Part shown: piece by piece, positions 39,077-50,200 of the stretch
Layout: the number at the start of each line of letters is the position of its first letter
Position numbering within the stretch: the stretch's first letter is position 1
DNA from: Amoebophrya sp. A120
Lineage: Eukaryota > Protista > Dinoflagellata
Length of the DNA: 64,000 bases
Assembly: GCA_905178155.1 (NCBI GenBank)
Contig: CAJINV010000009.1
Coordinates: 917,415 to 981,414, forward strand
Direction: 5' to 3'
Position numbers and translations under genes: made by a program
The notes under the pieces: model-generated
What the model was told of the DNA's origin: nothing
Database searches by the model: none
The model's input: only the letters and a program-made list of their open reading frames with translations

Positions 39077-39788
39077 TTTGCGGGATTTGCCGTGGCAGTC
39101 ACGTTCTTCAGGAACGTCAGCTTCACTGCAACACTGCCGCTCTTATCGACGCGCGAGGTGCGTCTGTTATAGAAATCCGAGACACGAATCGGGATACGCA
39201 CGGCCAGGATGGTATGTTCAACACGAAAGCTGCGTTTTCCTGGAAGACACCAGTTGGTACGTTCCGGGGAGCAACAGGAATACGTCGGCGTCGTTGCGCT
39301 TGCGTGGTTACAACATGATACTCCAACAGAACCAGCTCGTCTAGCACTTCTACTTCATTGAATTTACTACTTCTGCTACGCAGCACATTGTCGGTTTTAT
39401 ATAATAATGAGCCTACCTCTGATTCTGAAGACTTTGTAGGTCGAACGCACACTATGAGCACGTTCACAAAGACGTTCTTGACGCAACCTTTCACTCCAAG
39501 ACTCAACTATGAATTTAGGTTCATCGTCGGCTTGCCAACGATTACTGTTGCCAGGGGACACCATCACCAATGAGCGACCATCTTGGACACATGAAAGGAC
39601 GACAGAGAACTAAGGGCATTGCCATTCATTGTTCTGTCAAGTTGCGTTGATTCTACGAAGGCAACGAACACGATCACTCGCGGGGGAAAATCACAGGCAC
39701 GGAAAATTTCCTGTGGAAGCGGGGATTAGCCACAATCTGCTTCATCTTCAAACAATAGCCAGGCGAATCGCCAAAAAATGCTTCTTCT

Positions 39789-42700
39789 TCAAGCCATAGA
39801 TCTTGTTATGGTTTCCACACGCATATCGGGAATGACCCTGCCTGCCAAACTGCTGCCACTTCCGAGTTTTTCCTCTCTCTGCGCCCGCCACTCGTCGTAC
39901 CCTAGTTTGCGCAAAAGTTCCTTCCCGTCCTCCTTATCCAACCCGCCCTGGTAGCAACTCGAGTCCATGATACACTTGGGGCAGCCCTTCTCGCATTCAC
40001 ACGTGAAAATCCGCTCTGCGGAACACTCTAGCAGTAGCGCGAAGTTCTCGGCTAACGTGCGGCTGTAGGGGTAGAGCAAAAGTTTCTCCCCATGGTCGTT
40101 CTCGCCGCTGCCGTCGCCCCCCTTCTTCATACCGCGATTGTGCTGCGCTTTCAGAGGCTCGGTGATCCCAAACACCGGCGCGAGCAGGCACATCACGTGC
40201 TCCAAAACGTGCAATCCCGCCGGGTGCAACCGGGCCAGAATTCCCAAGTCGAGCCAAATGCCAGTGTGGTAGCGCTTTAGCGGTGCCATCTTCAGGTCAA
40301 TCGTGTCTTCCACCTGCCCATCCGCTTTGTTCAGCTTGTGATACCCTGTGACAAAGAGAAACGTCGTCAAGGGTCCACGATAAAGCACATGCAGTTGGTT
40401 GAAGATTTTCACGTACGACTGAGGCTTCTTCTGCAGGTTCTCGTCGTGCAGCTCTGGTGGCGCAGGAGCGGTCGAGGCATCACTAGGAAGCTGTCCAGCA
40501 GCTGGCGCAGCTACCGCGAGGTTGTTTGCGTCATTCTGGTCCTGCTGCTCCGTCGAGGAGGAAGACGTGCCTGGAGGAACATTGGCTGTCGTTTTGAGCA
40601 TGGTCGTGGTGCTCGGGTTGGTCTTTTTCTCCGCTTCCAGTAGATTTTCACCCAACACCTCCCGCATCTGGCTGTGAATAAATACCTCCACGCGGTCCTT
40701 CGCCCGTGTGTAGTACTTCAGTGGCTCACCAATGTGCTTCCGCACCACCGCCCACTGATTGGTCGTGTCCAAGTCCTCCACAATGTAAGTTTCCCGTTGG
40801 ATACGGTAAATCGCACCGCGGTACAGCTTGACGTAGGCCACGGACTCTTCCAGCGAATCCAGCGGAACAGCGGCAGAGGAATAGTCCTCCGCATCCCACA
40901 CGTCGTACTGGATTTCGATCTCACGGATGTTAAACCGCGAGTGCGCATTTTTCTCCTTTGGCGGGGCGCAGTAGTCGACGATTTGCGTTTTCGGGTCGCG
41001 GTAGAAACGGAAGGGAAACTCGGCGTAAATATCGTCGAAAGTAACAAGGGGGGTAAGGGACTGCTCTGCTTTCTGACTTGTACTGCTGATAGTCGCGAGT
41101 GCCGCTTTGGTCGTGCCAGGATTGATATCGGCATCGCTGTCCTGCTGCTGTAGCTCCAAGCCAGTCTGTGTCCCTTTGCCGTTGTCGAGCATTGGCCTGA
41201 AGCTTTTCTCTTTCCAGAACAGTTCCAAGTAGTCCTCCAATTTCCCTGGGTACTCGCTCATGGCGCAAAATAGGTGGTCCCGCGTGATGTCTGGTGGGAT
41301 AAAGAGGGCGCAAACCGGGTCCCGCCGGCTGAAGAATTCGTCCGGGTTCTCCATGTAATACGCGTCCACACCCGAAATCGGCAACGTAATCACAATCGCC
41401 AAGCTGTCCGTCTCGAACCCGCGCCCACCGCGTCCCATCTGCTGCCAGAGAGAGCTGAGTTGCCTTGGAATACCCAAGTGGATAGTGCACTGCAGGTCCC
41501 CGACGTCGATACCCAATTCCAGGGCGTTTGTGGCAACCAGACCGATGAGTTTGTTGTTGAAAAACTTCTGTTCGATGTCGCGCCGGATCTCCTTCGAGTA
41601 ACCTGCTCGGTACGACGCAATGCGGCCGATCAGCTCGTCTGCGGCGGAGTGTACCGCATTGTTTGACGATGAAGAATTTCCAAGTTGTCCGGTAGCTTGT
41701 GCCCCCGGCCCAGTCGCCGAAGAGACAGATTTCCGCTTTGAAGCAGCGGCCTTGGCTGCAGCTGTGGTCTTCTTTGCCAGCGCTCCGGGCTGACCCCTTT
41801 TGTTCGTCTCCGGGCTCTTCATGTTGCGCACTCTTCCAGCTGCCGAGTTATTGTTACCCTCGTCCATGTTTTCCTCTTCTGACGGACGTCCGTCGTAATT
41901 GAGGAAATCCTCAACCGTCTCAGCAGCGTCCCCAGCGGTACTCTTCTTGTTTCCGACCAAAGACGCATCTTTTCGGATACGCTCGCAAATGCGGTCCAGC
42001 ATAAGTTCCACCAAGCTTCTCGCGGACACGAACAGCACCGTTTTGATGCCCTTTTTCACTGCTTGAACGAAGCTCCACGCGATATCATCGTAAATCCCGT
42101 CGTTCATGTGATGGAACGAGTCGACATTTTCCTTGTCAGTCATCGGATCGTGCAAACTCGTAGTCGCGGTCGTAGCGGAGGACCCTGTAGTCGCACTTCC
42201 AACAGCCGTACTGGCCGCACTACTTACTGTCGTGGGGTCCTCAAGCAAATTCAGTTGCTTGTTCGTTTTTTCGATCTTTTTCGCCTTCTGCTTGGCGAAA
42301 TTTCGCTTGCGCTTTTCCGCGTCGGGCTCGTACAGTTCGTAGTTCCTGGCGCGCATCGTGGGCGTCCACAAACAGACCTGCTTGGACCCGCGGCCCGCAC
42401 CACTGTCGCTGATTACGGTGACATCCAGGTCGACAAGCTCGTGAAAGAACTCGAGCGGGCGAACCATAGTGGCCGAACACGCGATAAATCGCAAGTGCTT
42501 GGACTGCTCGGGTTCGAGAGTCGGAGCAGGTGGACCACTGTTGGATTTCGGTAGGCCGGCGAAAGGCAAAGACGACCCTGTCGCAGAGCTAGCTGTTGCG
42601 GTTGCCGCGTTAGTAGGAGGCACAGCAGAAGAACTGGCCGAAGTGCCATTAAGTTTGACGATTGGCCCCTTGTTTCTTGCTGCTCCAGCCCGACTCTTCG

Positions 42701-43811
42701 CTTTTGCCTTCGCCTTGGCCTTTGCTCTTGCGCTGCCACTGGCCGCAGATTGGCCCCGCTGCAAGCCAGCAGCGCCATCTCTCCCAGCCGCATTTTTTGT
42801 TTCCTCCAGCAAGCCATGCATCTGCTTGGTTTTCTCGATCGCTCTGCGCAGCCGGCGCAGCACGCAACTGACGTGCGCACCGAACCGCCCGGTGTAGACG
42901 TGCGCCTCATCGAGGACGAGAAAGCGTAAGTTCAGCAACACATTTTGCACTTCCTTGTTTTTTCTGAATTCCTTCAGAAAGAAGCAGTGCAACGTGTCCG
43001 GATTTGTCAGAAAAAGGTCGCAGGATTGCAAGAGCTGCTTCCGTGTGGAAAAAGCTGTGTCTCCGTCGAACGTCGTCACCTTCCAAAAGGGTTTCCCTTG
43101 CAACTGCTCGAATTTCTTCAACTTCTGGCACTGATCCTGGGCCAGGGCTTTCGTTGGGAAAAGCAGAAACGCCCGAGGGCGGTTATCGAAAGCACTGCTG
43201 GAGCTGCATGCTGACTGTGCTGTTGATGCTCCAACACCGTTGCCAAACCGTGCGTGCCACAGATCCCACTCGTGCAAAAGCGGAAGGGTGTAGGCTAGAG
43301 ATTTTCCCGAGGCAAAGCTCGTACAGAGAAACACATTCTCGTGCTTTTCCACCACCTGCCGAAATGTTTCAGACTGGTGCGAATACAGCCGGTCTATACC
43401 AATCTGCTCCCGCAGCGCCCCCTGAACATTTGCGGAAAGTAGTTCTGGAAAGCCTGTGTAGGTTGGCCTTTCGCGCGGGAGCTCCCGGACATAGAAATTT
43501 GCCGCGTATTTCTCCAGCTGGCTCTGCAGTGTGGCAATGCCTGCGTTCTTTGATTTCTCTCCCTCCGCTACGGCTGTCTGCAGCTGGCCCGATGTTGACA
43601 AAGATTTCGCCTTCGCTTGCCGTTCCGCTTCATCAAGCAGGCGGTCGACATCGTCCAGCTTTAACTCTTTTTCTGCGACTTCTTGTTCGGTAATTGTAGC
43701 TGCGGCACCCGTGTTATTATCGGTTTTTGCTTTTTTCAGCACCGGCTCCTCGTCGCTGTCAGACATGAGGTCAATCACCTGCGCCGCGGGGAGCTTCCCG
43801 CTGCTCGCCAT
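39789..43811 (-). CDS. HRQ1: HRQ1/YprA(MrfA)-family DEAH-box helicase with C-terminal Zn-binding (DUF1998/MZB) domain
   Basis: LYSHQ, TSFASGKS, FPTKALAQDQ, DGDT, LTNPD, LDEAHVYTGRFGAHV..VLRRL, CSAT, SYRAGY, ATNALELGIDVG, WQQMGRGGR, CECEKGCPKC; single 1340-aa ORF. Confidence 0.9.
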   Translation of the reverse strand: MASSGKLPAAQVIDLMSDSDEEPVLKKAKTDNNTGAAATITEQEVAEKELKLDDVDRLLDEAERQAKAKSLSTSGQLQTAVAEGEKSKNAGIATLQSQLEKYAANFYVRELPRERPTYTGFPELLSANVQGALREQIGIDRLYSHQSETFRQVVEKHENVFLCTSFASGKSLAYTLPLLHEWDLWHARFGNGVGASTAQSACSSSSAFDNRPRAFLLFPTKALAQDQCQKLKKFEQLQGKPFWKVTTFDGDTAFSTRKQLLQSCDLFLTNPDTLHCFFLKEFRKNKEVQNVLLNLRFLVLDEAHVYTGRFGAHVSCVLRRLRRAIEKTKQMHGLLEETKNAAGRDGAAGLQRGQSAASGSARAKAKAKAKAKSRAGAARNKGPIVKLNGTSASSSAVPPTNAATATASSATGSSLPFAGLPKSNSGPPAPTLEPEQSKHLRFIACSATMVRPLEFFHELVDLDVTVISDSGAGRGSKQVCLWTPTMRARNYELYEPDAEKRKRNFAKQKAKKIEKTNKQLNLLEDPTTVSSAASTAVGSATTGSSATTATTSLHDPMTDKENVDSFHHMNDGIYDDIAWSFVQAVKKGIKTVLFVSARSLVELMLDRICERIRKDASLVGNKKSTAGDAAETVEDFLNYDGRPSEEENMDEGNNNSAAGRVRNMKSPETNKRGQPGALAKKTTAAAKAAASKRKSVSSATGPGAQATGQLGNSSSSNNAVHSAADELIGRIASYRAGYSKEIRRDIEQKFFNNKLIGLVATNALELGIDVGDLQCTIHLGIPRQLSSLWQQMGRGGRGFETDSLAIVITLPISGVDAYYMENPDEFFSRRDPVCALFIPPDITRDHLFCAMSEYPGKLEDYLELFWKEKSFRPMLDNGKGTQTGLELQQQDSDADINPGTTKAALATISSTSQKAEQSLTPLVTFDDIYAEFPFRFYRDPKTQIVDYCAPPKEKNAHSRFNIREIEIQYDVWDAEDYSSAAVPLDSLEESVAYVKLYRGAIYRIQRETYIVEDLDTTNQWAVVRKHIGEPLKYYTRAKDRVEVFIHSQMREVLGENLLEAEKKTNPSTTTMLKTTANVPPGTSSSSTEQQDQNDANNLAVAAPAAGQLPSDASTAPAPPELHDENLQKKPQSYVKIFNQLHVLYRGPLTTFLFVTGYHKLNKADGQVEDTIDLKMAPLKRYHTGIWLDLGILARLHPAGLHVLEHVMCLLAPVFGITEPLKAQHNRGMKKGGDGSGENDHGEKLLLYPYSRTLAENFALLLECSAERIFTCECEKGCPKCIMDSSCYQGGLDKEDGKELLRKLGYDEWRAQREEKLGSGSSLAGRVIPDMRVETITRSMA

Positions 43812-44773
43812 TTTCCTCCTGATGTAGCCTTCTAATGATCGCGCAAGGCTACCTCATTTTTTAAGATGGTTCGGAGAACAAAAGCGGAACGGGAAAAAGC
43901 GACAATGTCTAGACGTAGAGAAGGAGGACACAAAATTTACTTAAGTGCAGCGCAGCTCAAAAATTATAAACCACTTATTTACAAATGCGGTGTGCGCCGC
44001 ACGGAGCTATAGGGCTCTTAGATTGCTTATTCACTAAAGCGATAGGGTCAGGGGTCCTGCAAAAATAAGAAAAGGGTGTTTTACTTTTCATGTTCAAGCA
44101 TCTTCCGCGTGGCGGACGCGGATGTAAAGAAATGCCAATAATAAATAAAGCCGCGTCAGCGGCGGGGGCAGTCAGGTCACGCCGGTCGTCTTTTTTGTCT
44201 TTATGCCAAAAAACAACGCGATATGTAAGTATGGCCACCATGCCTCCACGACTCATGTTGTGCACGATGGTACTGCGGCCGATAAAAATCGCGGCCCAAA
44301 GATGCCAAGCGTTTGGGCTCGAAAAGGAAGCCCTTGTTTCCCGCATGCCATGGCCCCTCCTGGGCCTCCACCCGGGCCGGCCCCGTGGGCGACCCAGATC
44401 GGGCCCGTAGCATGCGGATTAGCTTTCACTTTTTGGCGGCACCCGCTTTCTTTGTTTTCTTTGTCAGAAAGTAAGCGCATCTCTTTGCATTCGGCCCGCC
44501 TCTGAAATGCTCAGCTCGCCTTTGTTGGCGGCCTTGTTAGCAGAGCTCAGAGTTGGGCCAAAATGACGCCCATGCCATGCGGATTCCCGATCCTGCATTT
44601 TGTCGTCTTCGCATTTTTTTGGTGCCGCTTTCTACTGGGCGACCCAAACCGCCAGAGACTAAGGCGGTCGGCGCCTCAGAAGGGCGCTCCTTTTGCCGGC
44701 TCCACGGCGTCGATTTCTCAAGCAGCAGTCGATCGCATTTCCTCGAGCTTGTTTGATGGCTAAGCCCCGGCCG

Positions 44774-44884
44774 TTTGATATAATATATCAAAAAAGAAGG
44801 CCTAAGCCTGTCTCTTCACAAAAAAGATTCCCGCTCTATATATTATATAGAGCGGAAATCTTTTTTGTGAAGAGATGACAGGCT
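44774..44884. repeat. Tandem AT-centred palindromes (19 bp and 80 bp)
   Basis: TTTGATATA-A-TATATCAAA at 44774-44792. AGCCTGTCTCTTCACAAAAAAGATTCCCGCTCTATATA-T-TATATAGAGCGGAAATCTTTTTTGTGAAGAGATGACAGGCT at 44805-44884, with 1 mismatch and a 2-nt bulge. Confidence 0.9.
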
Positions 44885-45046
44885 CGGCCGATTGAAAACT
44901 ACTCTACCGGCCGTTTACGTTTTGCATGAGATATGACAAAAAAACCGCCAGGATAGAACGGTCGCGACCTCAACCTCACTACACGTACACACGAAGAAAG
45001 GGAGATGCTAATTCTAATATGTTCTTGTCGATGAGCATGTATAATG

Positions 45047-46400
45047 TTAATGGCTTGCGTTTGCGACAGAGGTAGCAGGTACGAGAGCAGATCCTTGCGC
45101 CCGTACATCAAGCCACGGACCATGTGCGTGATATTGATTCACTAGGATCTTGGGACTCATCTGCACACGAAAAAAAAGCATCCTCATGCTGCGGTATTTT
45201 CGACGACCGAATGGAGTTTTAGACTGATGTATCGTTACCAATGAGGGCAATGAATTGCTATTACCTCCTACAGCGCACCACTCTTGACAGCAAATAAACA
45301 AGGCGACGCAATACACAGGACAGCTGCACACACTGCATATTTAGTCGTATCTCTATGTCTACGTGCTCCTCTGCACATTCCCATCTGTTTCTGTTGCTGC
45401 TACAGTCGCGTTAGGAGCAGTGTAAAGAAGTGTTTCAGTTTCTTTTTGTCCACGAAGTAAAACTTACTAAACTAAAACTACAACTGTCCTTCTCCTTTCT
45501 TCATCTCGGTCGTTCAATGCGATTTCTGCAATTGACAAAGGCTTCAAGTTGTTGCAAGAGTTTGCTGGTGCAGTTTTTGCTCCGTGGTTTCCACTTCTTC
45601 GATGGAGTGTGGAAATAGAAATGCATGTCGATTCCGGCAATCTGTGATTCCGGGAATCTGTTCACGCCGCTCAATCGTGTATGTCTTCCGTGGGCAACCC
45701 CGCGCTCACCTCCAGTAGTTTTCAATTACATTTTAAGAAAAACTCTTGTCCAGTTCAAGTTCTGATGTAGAGCAGCGGCAGTGCCAAAGAAGTTGCATAA
45801 AAATGAATCTATCTCACAGCTAGCCGCTGCACTAGAAGTACACACAGAAAATTGTCCTCTACATCGTTTTTGCAAGAACATCAATATCCAACGGAAATCC
45901 TCTTTGTACCCTGCGTATCATCTGTTCCACGTCTTCGAGGCTGCGTCCTTCGAACATCCGTTGCTCCCGGAGACTCGTGAGGGCTCGGATGCCTGTTCCC
46001 CCCATCCAAAGCTCCAGCTTTCGAGCCGCCTGCTGAGCCGCCTTCCTTCTTTCGAAGTCAGTTCGTCCCTGCGGCTCCATGACTGTTTCCCCTAGTTTCA
46101 ATACTTCCTCGTCTGACAGGGTCCACGCTCTGCCTCTAGCCGCCGCCTGTGGTTAGTGCAAATAGAAATAGTGAGAATTCTTCAATCCCCTGATGAAACT
46201 TTGTTCAAGCGGCGAGCGGTGTGCCTCGGTTCATTTTTGTTTTTCTTCCGTTCTCTCCTGGTCCCTTTCTATCTTCGTTTCATGCGTTCAGTCTTCTAGC
46301 TCATGCATGGGCCTTCGTCATCATCATCATCATCATCATCGTCATCAACTGCTTTACTCCGTGGCGTTTCCGTGTAGCTTCGCGCTAAGTTCTTTCATGG
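45047..46400 (-). CDS. Possible small multi-exon hypothetical gene
   Basis: Protein-like segments at 45859-46140 (LSDEEVLKLGETVMEPQGRTDFERRKAAQQAARKLELWM), 45501-45725 and 45047-45240; the (TCA)n tract at 46318-46347 reads as poly-Asp on the minus strand. Splicing not resolved. Confidence 0.35.
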
Positions 46401-46514
46401 ATGTGCAGTGCTTTTGCTATCTCCTGGTCTTCATGACATGGATGTGCAGTACTTTTGCGTAGCACTTCGAATATATAAATTTAAATATCATTTCTTGTCT
46501 TGAGCAAGATGAAT

Positions 46515-47002
46515 AAAATCTCAACGGTTGCATCTCAATACCATGCACGGCCTCATGCTAAAACACGAGCGAAAACCTTCCAAATTACTCTTGTAAAGCG
46601 GTTGCGTCTCAACGAGTGCATATCAACGGCCTGGGAGGCCTCCGCGACTTTCCGAGGACCTTAACGACTGGCCTCAACAAAAAACACACGCAGGAATTTA
46701 CCGGGGAGAAGGCCGGTAAGCCTATGGGAAAAGCAGAGCCACAGGGCAGGCAACGAAGGCCACACATTTAGAAAAATAAAAGGCACAACGAGGCGGGCAC
46801 GCGGGCCGGGGAGAAACAGCACAAGCGCAGCGATGAAGGAGCAGCGCCGGGCCGGCGGCGGCCGACCTGCCCGACGACCCTAAACCCCAAGCCCTAAACC
46901 CGAAACCATAAACCAGTGGAGCGGGCGGCATCGATTTGGTGCGCCGGCCGTTGAGACATATTTCTCAACGTTGAGCTAGGAGGTCTCAACGTTGAGATCT
47001 GA
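46515..47002. mobile_element. MITE-like element with TCTCAACG / CGTTGAGA subterminal boxes
   Basis: Several TCTCAACG-like boxes on the left and inverted or palindromic CTCAACGTTGAG boxes on the right around a GC-rich core; TSD not established. Confidence 0.5.
46878..46914. repeat. Degenerate interstitial telomere-like repeat (CCCTAAA)n
   Basis: CCCTAAA CCCCAAG CCCTAAA CCCGAAA CCATAAA CC; TTTAGGG is the telomere repeat known in dinoflagellates. Confidence 0.65.
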
Positions 47003-47214
47003 AAGCGCACTCGAGGTATATGTAGCACAACCATGAATATCTCTCTTGTTTCGTCGTCCTCGTTACCTCACCGGTAAGGCCGCAGAAAGTCACAGATTAC
47101 ATCAAGAAGCTTTTTTGGATGTATGCGCACTAGTTCTAATGAATCATTTCAAATTCTGTGATAGCGTGGGAGCCGCGACAAGAAGGACTAGGACAACAAA
47201 AAACCGAAACTCTT

Positions 47215-50200
47215 TCAATTTACCGTGTACTTCGCCTTCGGTTTTGGCTTCGCCTCCGGTTCTGGTCCATTGGAAACTTGTATCTCCCTTCGTGGAAAGC
47301 GGGGAAGCGGAAGGCGAAAGGGAAACGGTAGTTGCTGGTCCTGCTCCAAAAAAGCCTCCTCCACCGGCTGCTGCTCCCGCTCGTCGCTAAACTCGCTTGC
47401 TCCACCGGCGTCGACCGCAGCCTTGCTTTTTCCCATGTTGTCTTGCACGTCGTCCGCCACAGCGACGGCGGCAAAGAGATGGACTGCATTACACCCTGCC
47501 AGCAACTTCGAACCGGTTTGAACTCCCCTCGCAAGAACGCCAGATGAAGCTCGCCGAGTCTTCGCTGCGTTTGTCGATTTCTGATCGAGCACCTGATTCT
47601 GCTGCGCGGGGGCGACGTGCCCGCGCAACGGCGGGCCGGGTCGGGGGCTGACATGCAGTCGCAGAAGTCACTTGACGTTTACGATTCGGAAACAAATGAC
47701 CTGCTCTTGCATCTAATTGTAGGCGAAAAAAAACGAACCAACTACTACTACCCTAACATGTTTGCATTGATCAGCTAACGCACGACAAATGGAGCGAGTG
47801 CTTCATTTTCGCTTGGACTTACGTTCACACACCACATAAGCGAGACCATCACTCCCACAGAATCTTCTTCACCTCGATTCGCACTCAAGTTGCTTTTCCC
47901 ATTTCACTTCTCAGCGGCGAATAGTAATATCTTGCGTAGCTTGTATCGATATGTATCAATATCACGAGCTTGTTAGCTTGCCGATGAAAAATGTCCAAAC
48001 GCAAAGCAACGAAGTACTACAATAACTGGTACCTCAACCCCTGAGAACCAAAGTCTTTCCCCGTTGACGATTGCGAAGAGCTATGCGATCTGTCTACGAA
48101 GACACCCTGTTCATTGGATATTGGAGGTTGTTAGTTTGCCTGGAAAACGCGCAGCTCTTGCACGGAATACGTATCTGCTGTAGAAATGCTGTACCAAGCT
48201 TACGATTCACTGACGCAGCTGCGGAACTTCATCACAGCCTTCTCTTTCATTTGCGCCCTCTCGTTCTCGTTCATCGTTTTGTGACGTCTACTTTGTTTCT
48301 TTGCTATATTAATGTAGTCGTCGACCCGCGACAGTAGCAGCATCGCCCATAAAAGACACGTTGATGCACGACTATGATCCTGTTTCACGACATTGCGTGG
48401 GATAAGTAAGTATTCGTTTCTTGTCAATACACCGTCGACGCTTAATATTATCATTTTTGCAGCCGCTCATAATCATATGCCACTCAAATCTGCGCACAGG
48501 CTATCCAGCTCGGCGGTAAGGGTTGACAAATCTTTCTGCCGTCTGCTACCGCTCATGACCATGCGACTAGAGTTTGCCGACGCGACTGCAGCTGGCTTGT
48601 TCTGGGTTGTTCGCAGTGTCTCTTCTGGTTCCAGTCGAGAAAAAGAGAAGTCCGAGGCGGGTTCCTCGTCATAGTTCGTGCCCGGGTGTCTGACCGATAT
48701 TGTTTCGCGAATTTCAAAATCTTCCTGCTGTTCTTCTTCGTTCGCACCCATTTCATCGTTCCCATCCTCCTCCTCTGCGTCGCGCGTGTAGTAGTTGAAA
48801 ATGCGATTTTCCGCCGCCTCTGCAGAAGATGAGGCAGAATTTCCGTAGAATGTGTCGCTTCGTTCCTGCACCTCAACGCCACCGTAATCCTCGTCGTGCG
48901 GATTGAAGACCTGCTTCCCAGCTTTGCTGCGGTCCTTGACGATGATCGTGTTTTCGCGGCTGCGCAAATCGTCCATGTTCCACGTTGCCTCGCTGTCCTT
49001 CACCACGTCCTCGGACAGGAGCTTTAGCAAGGCGGATTTGTCCACGACCGCCGTTTCCCCGTCATTCAGGTTCTTCCCCCCCGTGCCCGTCGGAGTCCTG
49101 CTACTGGACAGCGCGCTGTCGTTTAAAGAGAAAGCCTCCTTGATGAACCTGCGCGCACTGGGGCTGAAATTGTTCTTTGAGGTAGAGCAGGAGGAGGAAG
49201 ATTTCGTAGCTGTACCGGCCTGCTTTGACGCACGAGCAGAAGAATCCGTTCCGAGCACGGCAGGGTAGACGACCTTTTCGTTGAACTCCTCCTCCAGCCT
49301 CGCAGTGTCGTTCAGCATCGAGTTGTCGAGCGAAGACGCTCCGGTGGTTGTATTTTTCATCTGCAATCTCAACGCGTCCGCACTGCTTCGCAGAGCCTTC
49401 TCGATGTTGTTTTTGCTTTGTTGTAGCACCGCATCCACGGAAGCGATTTTTGACGTCTGTAGCAGATCGTGCGTTGCGATTTTCTGCTGCTCTGTGTTCG
49501 AGTTGTTCAGTTCCGCAGCCTCATTGCCTTTGTTCCTCAGACTAGAGATCAAGTCGTCAAGATCGACGCCAGAAGCTTCTACTGGAGCTAGTTTTTTCTC
49601 GCCATGATCTACTTTCGCAGCACGCGAAGACGACGCTGCGGAGACGAAGCTATCGACACTCGACCGGTGCAGCAAGTTGTTCCGGATATCCTGGATTACG
49701 CGCTCGTTCTCCTCAAGAAGCGCGCTAGCTTGCTTCATCTTCTCATCCACAAGCGACGTCGCGGTAGGTCTTGCACCAGGCCCTTGTTCAGCAGTCGTGA
49801 TCATCGCAGCGGTGGTGGTCCCCCCCGCGCCGGCGTAGGCGGAGGAAGAGCAGCTGTTGTTCTGCGACCCGAGCAGACTGGTACCGAGGGGCGGACCGGA
49901 CTTGATGTTCTCATAGGACCTCGGCTCCGGATAGAACCGCAATTGCTCTTCACCTTCGCCATGATACGTATCCAACTCGTCGTTCTCGTAGCCATACTCC
50001 TTCGCAGCTGCTGTCGTGGTTGCGTTGTGCACTGCTCCGGCCTCGTGCGAAAAGGGCGAGGAAGAGGGAATCTGCAGCAAAGACGAATTCTGCGTCTCGT
50101 TGAATTCCGAGGAAGCAGCTGGTATCTCGGACTGAACGAGGGAGAGATTCTGCGACTGCGCAGACGGATTCGGGCTCTGCTTCTTTTTCGCGGAGGACGC

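Noticed and set aside
44553-44565. Degenerate spliced-leader relic upstream of HRQ1
   Set aside because: The match is short and mismatched, and it is ~750 nt from the start codon.
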